A DNA stretch of 64,000 nt, from contig JAMOTM010000056.1 of the NCBI GenBank assembly GCA_027002265.1, forward strand, positions 30,977 through 94,976. Direction: 5' to 3'. This document shows, piece after piece, positions 20,976 through 29,109 of the stretch (positions are counted from its first letter, which is position 1; every line of letters starts with the position of its first letter). The position numbers were made by a program, and so were the translations under genes. The DNA comes from Aquificota bacterium (GTDB lineage Bacteria > Aquificota > Aquificia > Desulfurobacteriales > DQVG01). Under the pieces are notes generated by a model that searched no databases, was not told the DNA's origin, and saw nothing but the letters and a program-made list of their open reading frames with translations.

Positions 20976-22718
20976 ATGCTGAAAAATTTAGTTTTTTTAT
21001 TTTTTTTATTCCAATGCGGATACTCTCAAACTCTAAGTATAAAAAATCAAAATATATCTACACAAGATATAAATTCTATCTATAAACATTATAAAAATAA
21101 AGATACAAATTACTTTTTAAATAATACTTACTTTTTTAAAAGTAAAACTTTTTCAAAAATTTTTATAAAAACATTTCCTTTAAGCTATACAAACGAAAAA
21201 GATTTAAATAAAATTTTAAAATTATACTCCCAGGAAAAAATTGCATGTAATTTATTTTTTCTTCTTAATAAACCTATAAGTGAAAACATAAAGAAAAAAA
21301 TAGAGAAAATTCTTTTTCTTTACTGTCCCTATGAACCTTATGTAAAATCTTTTAAAAATCGTTTTAACTTTTTGGAAGATATATACAAACGAGCTAAACT
21401 TCTTTTTAAAAATAAAGAGTTTCAAGATGCCTTTTATTATGCAAAAAAATTACCCCTAAACCAAGATAAATATCTTTATTTAAAAGCGAGAATTTACTAT
21501 GCAAATAGAAAAAGAAAACTTGCAGTAAAATTTATGGAAAAAATATCTGAAGATTCTAAATACAAAATAAAAAAATATTACTTTCTAAGTTTATGGAAAA
21601 AAAATCCTGCAGATAAACTTTATTATTTTAACAAACTTTTAAAAACTCAAGATAAAATAAGGATAAACATAGTTTTAAATGCGCTTTTAAATAACGCCTT
21701 TTATAGTGATAATGAAACTTATTTTGAAACTCTTTTAAATATTTCAAAAAAAGTAAATAAAAATCTCTATGGGATATATGGATTTAAAGATGCATATCTC
21801 TTTGGGGATTATAAAAAAGCGAAATTTTACCTATCTTTTATAAAGGATAAAAATAAAAAAAACTTATATACTCTTTTTCTTTATAACTCTTTTGGGAAAA
21901 ATTATAATTTAAAAAGTTTTTTAAATAATTTTACAAATTACAATAAATATAAAATTATTTTAGAACCTCCAAAAAAAATTTATTCTAGAGAGCCAAAAAT
22001 TTCTGATATAAAAAATCCTACTTTAAAAAAATATTTAAAAAAAGATAAAAAATTCACAGAAGTTTTATTAGAGCTTTATAAATTTCCAAAGTTAGATAAG
22101 GCTATTACCTATTACTTTTTGGGAGATTATTACTCTGCTATAAAATACAGCTATAGGTACTTGAATCAGCAAAAAAATAAGCCTTTTATTATAAGGCTTG
22201 TTTACCCAAGAGGTTATAAGAATAAAATAAAAAAATATTTAAAACTTTATAATTCTTCTTTACCTGAAAATTATATTTATGCTTTAATTAGAAAAGAAAG
22301 CCTTTTTAACAAAAATGCAGTTTCTTGGGCCGGAGCTAGAGGTCTTATGCAGATAATGCCTTTTACAGCAAAATTTATATCAAAAAAACTTAAAATAAAA
22401 TATAACTTATATAATTTAACTCAAGTTGATTATAATCTAAAACTTGGAATTTGGTACGTAAATTACTTAAGCAAAAGATTAGAAAATTTAGCTTTAGTAT
22501 CTGGAGCATATAATGCAGGAATATATAATATCTATCGCTTCTTAGGAAATGACACTCCTTGCTATAACACCTTAGAATTTATAGAACTTGTAGAAATGTT
22601 TGTAAGATATCCTGAGACAAGAAATTACATTTTAGAAACATTAAAAAATTTATACATATATAACGCAATTTATAAACGAGAGGGAAATCATGAAATTACT
22701 TGCACCATCTCTCCTTAG
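20976..22718 (+). CDS. Soluble lytic murein transglycosylase (Slt family)
   Basis: C-terminal SLT domain ALIRKESLFNKNAVSWAGARGLMQIMPFTA ... GAYNAG. Long helical-repeat N-terminus with a signal-like MLKNLVFLFFLF. ATG 20976 preferred over TTG 20958. Confidence 0.85.
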   Translation: MLKNLVFLFFLFQCGYSQTLSIKNQNISTQDINSIYKHYKNKDTNYFLNNTYFFKSKTFSKIFIKTFPLSYTNEKDLNKILKLYSQEKIACNLFFLLNKPISENIKKKIEKILFLYCPYEPYVKSFKNRFNFLEDIYKRAKLLFKNKEFQDAFYYAKKLPLNQDKYLYLKARIYYANRKRKLAVKFMEKISEDSKYKIKKYYFLSLWKKNPADKLYYFNKLLKTQDKIRINIVLNALLNNAFYSDNETYFETLLNISKKVNKNLYGIYGFKDAYLFGDYKKAKFYLSFIKDKNKKNLYTLFLYNSFGKNYNLKSFLNNFTNYNKYKIILEPPKKIYSREPKISDIKNPTLKKYLKKDKKFTEVLLELYKFPKLDKAITYYFLGDYYSAIKYSYRYLNQQKNKPFIIRLVYPRGYKNKIKKYLKLYNSSLPENYIYALIRKESLFNKNAVSWAGARGLMQIMPFTAKFISKKLKIKYNLYNLTQVDYNLKLGIWYVNYLSKRLENLALVSGAYNAGIYNIYRFLGNDTPCYNTLEFIELVEMFVRYPETRNYILETLKNLYIYNAIYKREGNHEITCTISP

Positions 22719-23343
22719 TGCAAATTTTGCGAATCTAGAAAAGGAAATTGAAACTGTTGAGGCGGCCGGGGCGGATCTTCTTCATGTAGATGTTATGGAT
22801 GGGCATTTTGTCCCAAATATTACTATCGGTATTCCAGTAGTAGAAGCTATTTATAAAGTTACAAAATTACCTTTAGATGTTCATTTAATGATAGAAAATC
22901 CAAGTAGATATATTAAAGATTTTATCAAGGCTGGTGCAAGTTATATTTCTTTTCATGTTGAAGCGGAAAAACACATTCATAGAACCTTAAGCTTTGCTAA
23001 GGAAGAAGGAGCCAAAGTGGGTTTAGCTCTTAATCCTGCAACACCTTTATATCTTATAGAGGATGTTTTAGAACTTTTGGATTTTGTTTTGATAATGACT
23101 GTAAACCCAGGTTTCGGGGGACAAAGATTTTTAGATTTTACTTTAAGAAAAATAAAAAAGCTAAAATCTTTGATAAGAGAAAAAGAACTTAAAACCTTAA
23201 TAGAAGTAGATGGAGGCATAAAGCTTGAAAATGTAAAAAAAGTTTTAGAAGCTGGAGCCGATATTATTGTTTCTGGATCAGGTATCTTTAAAAATCCGAA
23301 GGAAAATACAAAAAAATTTAAAGAAATCCTAAAAAGATATTAA
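22690..23343 (+). CDS. rpe: Ribulose-phosphate 3-epimerase
   Basis: Motifs: APSLLSANFANLEKEI, HVDVMDGHFVPN, MTVNPGFGGQ, EVDGGI. Confidence 0.97.
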   Translation: MKLLAPSLLSANFANLEKEIETVEAAGADLLHVDVMDGHFVPNITIGIPVVEAIYKVTKLPLDVHLMIENPSRYIKDFIKAGASYISFHVEAEKHIHRTLSFAKEEGAKVGLALNPATPLYLIEDVLELLDFVLIMTVNPGFGGQRFLDFTLRKIKKLKSLIREKELKTLIEVDGGIKLENVKKVLEAGADIIVSGSGIFKNPKENTKKFKEILKRY

Positions 23344-23369
23344 ATAACATAAAATCCGCGAGGTTAAAG

Positions 23370-23810
23370 ATGAAAGCCGAAAAAACAAATTTTGTGAAAA
23401 TGTGGATAAAAAATTATTTAAATGAAGTTGGAAGCTTTGTAGGAACTTGGAGCGAACTTTCAAGACATACAAATGCTTCTGCAACTGTTATAAAAAAAGC
23501 GGTAGAAGAACTTGAAAAAGAAGGTTTTTTAAAAGTATCTTCCAAAAAAGGAAAAGGGGTTATTTTAGAAAAAAAATCTTCTCAGGAAACTTCCTTAGAA
23601 CAAACGTTTTCCCCTTTAGAAGAAAAATACTACGAAAAGCTTTTAAATAAACCCTTGAAAATTGTATTTAAAGATGCATCTTATTTAACTGGTATCTTAA
23701 AAGATTTTTCTCCACATACTATAAAACTTTTTAATTTAGATACTCGTTCTGAGATAGACATAGATAAAAATAAAATTGCTTATATTGTAATTGATAAAAC
23801 TACACTTTAA
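23370..23810 (+). CDS. Hypothetical protein: N-terminal winged-helix + C-terminal Sm/Hfq-like barrel (inferred)
   Basis: wHTH-like segment: WSELSRHTNASATVIKKAVEELEKEGFLKVSSKKGKGVIL. The C-terminal LLNKPLKIVFKDASYLTGILKDFSPHTIKLFN...IDKNKIAYIV follows the Hfq pattern (L..v.v.l.nG..l.G.i..fD...i.l......i.K.aI). Confidence 0.5.
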   Translation: MKAEKTNFVKMWIKNYLNEVGSFVGTWSELSRHTNASATVIKKAVEELEKEGFLKVSSKKGKGVILEKKSSQETSLEQTFSPLEEKYYEKLLNKPLKIVFKDASYLTGILKDFSPHTIKLFNLDTRSEIDIDKNKIAYIVIDKTTL

Positions 23811-23819
23811 GGGGGAAAA

Positions 23820-24326
23820 ATGATTACAAAAAAAACTTTAAGAGATGTTTATTTTGATTTTGTAAAACTTTTAGAGGAAAAACAAAAAATTGTAGTTTCT
23901 TCAGAAGAGCTTTCAAATATTTTAGATACAACTCCATTGGTAGTAAATATTCTTATTAAAGCTTTAAAAAACTCAAAAGAAATTTCTCTTATAGAAAAAG
24001 GAGATATATACGAGATTTCACCCATATATAGAATAAAAGATTTTGATAAAGTTTTAAAAGATATTTTAAAATCTTCTAAAGAAGAAAAGGATAGTAAAGA
24101 AAAAGAAATAATTTCTGAAAATTCTAAAGTTGAAACAAGTCAAACTGAAAAAAGTGTAAAACTAAAAAAAGAAAATTTAGTTAAATTTAAATTAAAAAAT
24201 AATGAAGTTCTACAAGGAGAATTCATAGAGGAAGATGAAAAAATAGTTTGTCTAGATTCTCAAAAATATAGATATTTAATTTATAAAGATAATATCTTAG
24301 AAAGGGAAAATGTAGAAAATGTCTGA
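23820..24326 (+). CDS. Hypothetical protein, paralogous architecture: winged-helix + Sm/Hfq-like barrel (inferred)
   Basis: wHTH-like segment: SSEELSNILDTTPLVVNILIKALKNSKEISLIEKGDIYEI. K/E/S-rich linker. C-terminal VKFKLKNNEVLQGEFIEEDEKIVCLDSQKYRYLIYKDNI is Sm-like. Confidence 0.5.
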   Translation: MITKKTLRDVYFDFVKLLEEKQKIVVSSEELSNILDTTPLVVNILIKALKNSKEISLIEKGDIYEISPIYRIKDFDKVLKDILKSSKEEKDSKEKEIISENSKVETSQTEKSVKLKKENLVKFKLKNNEVLQGEFIEEDEKIVCLDSQKYRYLIYKDNILERENVENV

Positions 24327-25470
24327 TTTAGGTCTGCCTGAAATTGAAAAGGAAATAGAAAATAATAAATATTTTAAAAAAGTAGAAAATGATTTATTTA
24401 TAAAATATTATTATAGAGCTAACTTGCCATCTATTTTTGATTCTCCCTTAAAAAGGGAACTTCGAGGTATTACTTTTTCAAAGAAAGAAAAAGATCTTGT
24501 AGCTCGCCCTTATCATAAGTTTTTTAACATAAATGAACATGAGGAAACTAAAGAGGATAATCTAAATAATAAAAATTTTATAGCTAGAGAAAAACTAGAT
24601 GGAAGTTTAATTTATTTTTGTTTTTATAAAAATAAACTTCATGCTTTTACTCAAAGACGTTTTGAAAATGAATATACTCAAAAAGCATGGGAAATTATAA
24701 ATAAAAATAAAAAACTTTTAAAATTTATAGAAAATTTAACTCAAAAAGGTTATACTCCACTTTTTGAACTTATCTCTCCAGATTTTCAAATTGTTATTCC
24801 ATACAAAGAAGATAAACTTATTTTAACTGAAATAAGAGAAAACAAAACTGGAAAATATGTTTTAGAAAATTTTGAAAATGAAATTAAAGAAAATAATATC
24901 CTTCTTCCAAAAAAATACTTTTTCAATTTAAAAGAAGCAAAAGATTTTTTAGAAAATAAAGATAATATAGAGGGTTTAGTTTTAAAAGATATAAATTCTT
25001 ATAAAAACACGTATCCTAATTTCCCTTTATTTGTAAAATTGAAATCTCCATGGTACTTAGAAAAACACTATGCTACTTCTTATCTTTCTAATATTCCAGT
25101 TCATAAACTGTTTTTAAATTACATTCAAAACAAATTAGATGATATTTTTTCAAATGTTTTAAATTCTTCTTTAAAAGAAAAAAAGTTAAAAGAACTAAAA
25201 CCCTATGTAGAATTTTTTGAATTTCTTTTAGAAAATTTAGAAAAAATATCAAAAAATATAGAGAAATTTGAAAACTGGAAGGAAAAAAAGAGTTTTATAG
25301 ATAAAGCTTTGGAAGATCTTTTAAAGAAAATAGAAAAAAAGTACAAAATCACTTTTCCAAAAGAAATACTTTTAGAAACTGTATATGCTATTATTAACAA
25401 GTCAAACTATGAAGAAAATTTAGGTTTAAAAATATACAGTCTTATGAAAAAAGGGAAGCTCAAACTTTAG
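24319..25470 (+). CDS. ATP-dependent RNA ligase, phage T4 Rnl1 (RnlA) family
   Basis: Nucleotidyltransferase motif I REK92LDGSL. Other matches: RPYHKFFNINEHE; FELISPDFQIVIPYKEDKLILTEIRENKTGKY; motif IV IEGLVLK; motif V FVKLKSPWYLEKH. All are collinear with T4 Rnl1 as I remember it. The start ATG overlaps the upstream stop (ATGTCTGA). Confidence 0.88.
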   Translation: MSDLGLPEIEKEIENNKYFKKVENDLFIKYYYRANLPSIFDSPLKRELRGITFSKKEKDLVARPYHKFFNINEHEETKEDNLNNKNFIAREKLDGSLIYFCFYKNKLHAFTQRRFENEYTQKAWEIINKNKKLLKFIENLTQKGYTPLFELISPDFQIVIPYKEDKLILTEIRENKTGKYVLENFENEIKENNILLPKKYFFNLKEAKDFLENKDNIEGLVLKDINSYKNTYPNFPLFVKLKSPWYLEKHYATSYLSNIPVHKLFLNYIQNKLDDIFSNVLNSSLKEKKLKELKPYVEFFEFLLENLEKISKNIEKFENWKEKKSFIDKALEDLLKKIEKKYKITFPKEILLETVYAIINKSNYEENLGLKIYSLMKKGKLKL

Positions 25471-25479
25471 GGGGATTTT

Positions 25480-26409
25480 ATGGAACTTAAAGTATCTTTA
25501 AAAAATATAACTTTAAAAACTCCATTTTTACTTGCTTCCGGAACCTGTGGATTTGGTTTAATTTTTGAAAAATTTTTTGACGTAAAGGAAACTGCAACTG
25601 TAATTACAAAAGGTTTATCTTTAAATCCAAATCCTGGAAATCCTCCTCCACGTTTATATGAAACTTATGCAGGACTTTTAAATAGTATTGGCCTTGAAAA
25701 TCCAGGTGCAGACACGTTTTTAAAAGATATAGCTCCCAAGTTAGAAAAGAAAAAAATACCTTACATTATAAATATATATGGAAAGGATATAGATGAATTT
25801 ATTAAACTTGTAGAAAAATTAAATAAAACCCAAGCTTTAGCATATGAAGTTAATGTTTCTTGTCCTAATGTTAAAAAGGGCGGACTTGCTTTTGGCCAAG
25901 ATCTAGATACTTTAAAAACTCTATTAAAGGAAATAAAAAAAGTTTCTAAAAAAGAACTTATAGTAAAGCTTTCTCCTAATGTTTCGGATATAAAACCTTT
26001 TGTAAAGGTATGCCTAGATGAAAACATTTTTAATATTACAGTAGCAAATACTTACTTAGGAATGGCGGTAGACCTAAAAAACTTTAAGCCTCATTTTAAA
26101 AGAATTTATGCCGGATATTCGGGACCAGCCATAAAGCCTTTAACTTTAAGATTTGTTTATGAAGCAAGTAAAGTTTCCGAAAAAGCAAACATTATTGCAA
26201 GTGGTGGTATAACTACCTTTAAAGATGTCTTAGAATATTTCCTTGTAGGTGCAAAAGCTGTTCAACTTGGAAGCATTTTATTTAGAGATTCAAAGGCTCC
26301 AGCTAAATTTAAAGAAAGTTTAAAAGCATATATCAAAAGTTTGAATTTAAATACTTTTGAAGAACTTCTTGAGTTTTTTAAGGAAAAAAGAAAAGCATGG
26401 GAAGTTTAA
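25480..26409 (+). CDS. pyrD: Dihydroorotate dehydrogenase catalytic subunit (class 1)
   Basis: Motifs: ASGTCGFG, NSIGLENPG, NVSCPNVKKGG, SGPAIKP, ASGGI. Confidence 0.93.
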   Translation: MELKVSLKNITLKTPFLLASGTCGFGLIFEKFFDVKETATVITKGLSLNPNPGNPPPRLYETYAGLLNSIGLENPGADTFLKDIAPKLEKKKIPYIINIYGKDIDEFIKLVEKLNKTQALAYEVNVSCPNVKKGGLAFGQDLDTLKTLLKEIKKVSKKELIVKLSPNVSDIKPFVKVCLDENIFNITVANTYLGMAVDLKNFKPHFKRIYAGYSGPAIKPLTLRFVYEASKVSEKANIIASGGITTFKDVLEYFLVGAKAVQLGSILFRDSKAPAKFKESLKAYIKSLNLNTFEELLEFFKEKRKAWEV

Positions 26410-26987
26410 GTTTAAATCAAAAAATATTTTTATATTTAAATTCTTTTACCGGTAAAAATAAAATTTTAGATTTTTTCTTTGTGTGTTTAGCAAAGTACTC
26501 ACCTTATATTTTTATTTTTTATGAGTTTTACCTATATTTTTATAAAAAAGAAAAAGATAAAGCTTTATTTGCCTTTTACTCTGCCACTTTGGGAATAATT
26601 ATAAGTAAAACTATTTCCCTTTTTTATTTTCATAATCGTCCCTTTATGGATAAACTTGGAAGACTTCTTATTTATCACTCGCCAGATAGCTCTTTTCCTT
26701 CAGATCACACTACTTTTATGTTTTCTTTAGCTTTTTCCTTTTACTTTTTTAAAGTCCCCCATAGAAATTTATTTTTTCTTTTGGCTTTTCTAGGAAGTAT
26801 AGCTAGAGTTTTTGTAGGAGTTCACTATCCTTTTGATATTCTTGGAGGATTACTTGTTGGTTTTTTTAGCGCCTATATTATTTTTAGATCCCAAAGCTTA
26901 TTTTCAAAATTAAATAAAATAATAATTAACTTAGAAGAAAATTTAACTAAATTTTTAATTTGGAAAAAAAATGCTAAATCTAAATAA
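26397..26987 (+). CDS. PAP2-family phosphatase (undecaprenyl-diphosphatase BcrC/YbjG-like)
   Basis: PAP2 motifs: HNRPF, PSDHT, ARVFVGVHYPFDILGG. Multiple TM helices. Confidence 0.8.
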   Translation: MGSLSLNQKIFLYLNSFTGKNKILDFFFVCLAKYSPYIFIFYEFYLYFYKKEKDKALFAFYSATLGIIISKTISLFYFHNRPFMDKLGRLLIYHSPDSSFPSDHTTFMFSLAFSFYFFKVPHRNLFFLLAFLGSIARVFVGVHYPFDILGGLLVGFFSAYIIFRSQSLFSKLNKIIINLEENLTKFLIWKKNAKSK

Positions 26988-28140
26988 AAATGTAGTAGCT
27001 ATAAGTTTAGTAAGCTTTTTTACAGATTTTTCTAGTAGTATGGTAACTACAATTTTGCCGCTGTTTATTGTTTATATTTTAAAAGAAGATGTAGATAAGC
27101 TTGGATATATAACCGGTATTGCTACCTTCACTTCCTATATTTTTAGAATTCTTTTTGGTTATCTTTCCGATAAATATAATAAAACTAAACCGTTTTTAAT
27201 CTTTGGATATTCGATTTCTACATTTACAAAACCTCTTTTTGCATTTTCTCATTCTTGGAAAGATATAGCCCTTTTAAGAAGCATAGAAAGACTTGGAAAA
27301 GCAATAAGAAGTGCTCCAAAAGATGTTTTAATTTCTTTTTATTCAAAAAAAGAGTCTGGAAAAGCGTTTGGTTTTCAGAAAATGTTAGATATGGCTGGGA
27401 ACATGTTTGGAGCTTTAAGTGTATTTTTAATCTTATATTTTTTTGGAAAAACAGAAAATATTTTTAAAAGTATTTTTCTTTTAACTATAATTCCAGGTTT
27501 AATTGCGCTTCTTATTCTTCTTTTTTTTGTAGAGGATATTAAAAAAGATAAAAAAGAAAAAAGAAAAAAGATTTCTTTAAAGGAGGAAAATTATTTTATT
27601 TACCTTATTTTATTTTCCTACTTTTTTTCTATGTTTTTTATGTTAAAAAAACCTTTCTTTATTGTAAAGGCGAAAGATTTTATAGATATAACTTATATTC
27701 CACTTTTAGTAATTCTTTTATATTTTATTCAAAGCATAAGTAGCTATATTTTTGGAGTAAGTATAGATAAATATGGCTGGGCTCCATTTTTTATTTTATC
27801 TTTAGTATTTGGAATTTTATCAATTATTTTTTTGAGTTTTGGAAAAATAATTTTCGCTTTTGTTTTTCTCGCATTATTTCTTATTGCCTCTACTAATTCT
27901 ATTAAGGTTTTTATTTCAAAACATTCAAAAAATAAAGGTATCATTTTTGGAATTTTTTATGCGGGAACTGCTATTTTTTCTTCCTTAGGTGCTATAGTAA
28001 CTGGAATAATTTGGAAAAATTTTGGATTTAAAATGGCTACTAAATTTTCTATTTTTGGGCTAATTTTTACTTTATTTTTTTCAATTTTCGTTTTAAGATT
28101 TTTTATTATTAAAAATAAACTAGAGGTTAACCATGAATGA
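26971..28140 (+). CDS. MFS transporter
   Basis: About 12 hydrophobic helices. The GYLSDKYNKTKP loop is typical of MFS motif A. Confidence 0.75.
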   Translation: MLNLNKNVVAISLVSFFTDFSSSMVTTILPLFIVYILKEDVDKLGYITGIATFTSYIFRILFGYLSDKYNKTKPFLIFGYSISTFTKPLFAFSHSWKDIALLRSIERLGKAIRSAPKDVLISFYSKKESGKAFGFQKMLDMAGNMFGALSVFLILYFFGKTENIFKSIFLLTIIPGLIALLILLFFVEDIKKDKKEKRKKISLKEENYFIYLILFSYFFSMFFMLKKPFFIVKAKDFIDITYIPLLVILLYFIQSISSYIFGVSIDKYGWAPFFILSLVFGILSIIFLSFGKIIFAFVFLALFLIASTNSIKVFISKHSKNKGIIFGIFYAGTAIFSSLGAIVTGIIWKNFGFKMATKFSIFGLIFTLFFSIFVLRFFIIKNKLEVNHE

Positions 28141-28594
28141 ACTTAGTAGAAAAAAGAAATATTTTGAAGCTTTAAAAAATTTAGATATTTTGAAAATTGA
28201 AAGTAATTTTGAGGTCATAAAAAGTGAGGAAGAAAAGGAAGATTCAAGGGTAGTCTTTAAAATAAAAATATCTTTAAAAGATGGTTTAGAAGTAAGCTCC
28301 CACGGAGAAGCTGAGCTTAAATCAAAAAATGCATTTAGATTAGCTGAAACAAGAGCCTTTTTAAGGGCTTTGGAGATAATATATGCTTTAAAAGGTTTAT
28401 CTTTTAAAGTTAAAGAAGAAAAGCAAAAAAGTGCTGAAAATAGAGGTCCTTCAAAAAAACAAATAGGTTATCTTAAACACCTTGCAAAGAGTTTGGGAAA
28501 AGATTTGAAAGATGAGGAAATAAAAAATTTAAATGAAAAGGAAGTTAGAGTTTTAATTGAAAAATATAAAAAAGAACTTGAGGAGAAAAAATGA
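28133..28594 (+). CDS. Hypothetical protein
   Basis: 153-aa ORF overlapping both neighbours (8 nt with the MFS stop; ATGA with the next gene). C-terminal helical module PSKKQIGYLKHLAKSLGKDL...EVRVLIEKY. Confidence 0.45.
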   Translation: MNELSRKKKYFEALKNLDILKIESNFEVIKSEEEKEDSRVVFKIKISLKDGLEVSSHGEAELKSKNAFRLAETRAFLRALEIIYALKGLSFKVKEEKQKSAENRGPSKKQIGYLKHLAKSLGKDLKDEEIKNLNEKEVRVLIEKYKKELEEKK

Positions 28595-29079
28595 AAATAG
28601 CTATATGTTCAGATAGTCACGATCGAATGGACAAAATTTTAAAGTTTGTAGATTTTGTTATAAATAAAAAAGTAAATTTAGTTATTCATCTTGGAGATTT
28701 TGTCGCTCCATTTACTTTTAAATTTGGCTTTAATAAACTAAAGGAGCACAACATTTCCTTTTTAGGAATTTTTGGAAACAATGATGGGGAAGTTTTCGGA
28801 TTATTAAAAACATGTTATGGAGAAATTTATAAGCCACCTTATTTTTGTGAAATATTTAATAAAAAATTTCTTCTTATGCATGAACCTTATTTTGTGGAAA
28901 ATTTAAGTTTAAAGGATGTAGATTATATTCTTTATGGCCACACTCATAAACAAGATATAAGAAAAAAGGAAAATTACACGATAATAAATCCAGGAGAACT
29001 TTGTGGCTATTTAACAAAAAAAGCAAATTTTGTAATTTTGGATTTAGAAAATAACAAAATAGAAAAAGTAGAAGTTTAA
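28591..29079 (+). CDS. Metallophosphoesterase, YfcE/MJ0936 family
   Basis: Motifs: ICSDSHD, GDFV, GNNDGE, HEP, GHTH. Confidence 0.85.
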   Translation: MKIAICSDSHDRMDKILKFVDFVINKKVNLVIHLGDFVAPFTFKFGFNKLKEHNISFLGIFGNNDGEVFGLLKTCYGEIYKPPYFCEIFNKKFLLMHEPYFVENLSLKDVDYILYGHTHKQDIRKKENYTIINPGELCGYLTKKANFVILDLENNKIEKVEV

Positions 29080-29109
29080 GATAGGTAGTTAAATGGAGGT
29101 CTTCTTAAA

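Noticed and set aside
23370-29079. Treating the whole co-directional run (wHTH-Sm genes, RNA ligase, pyrD, PAP2, MFS, unknown, phosphoesterase) as one functional island or defence locus.
   Set aside because: pyrD, PAP2 and MFS are ordinary housekeeping genes. Tight spacing is the rule throughout this genome. There are no integrase, transposase or flanking repeats, and no nuclease, ATPase or methylase typical of defence systems.
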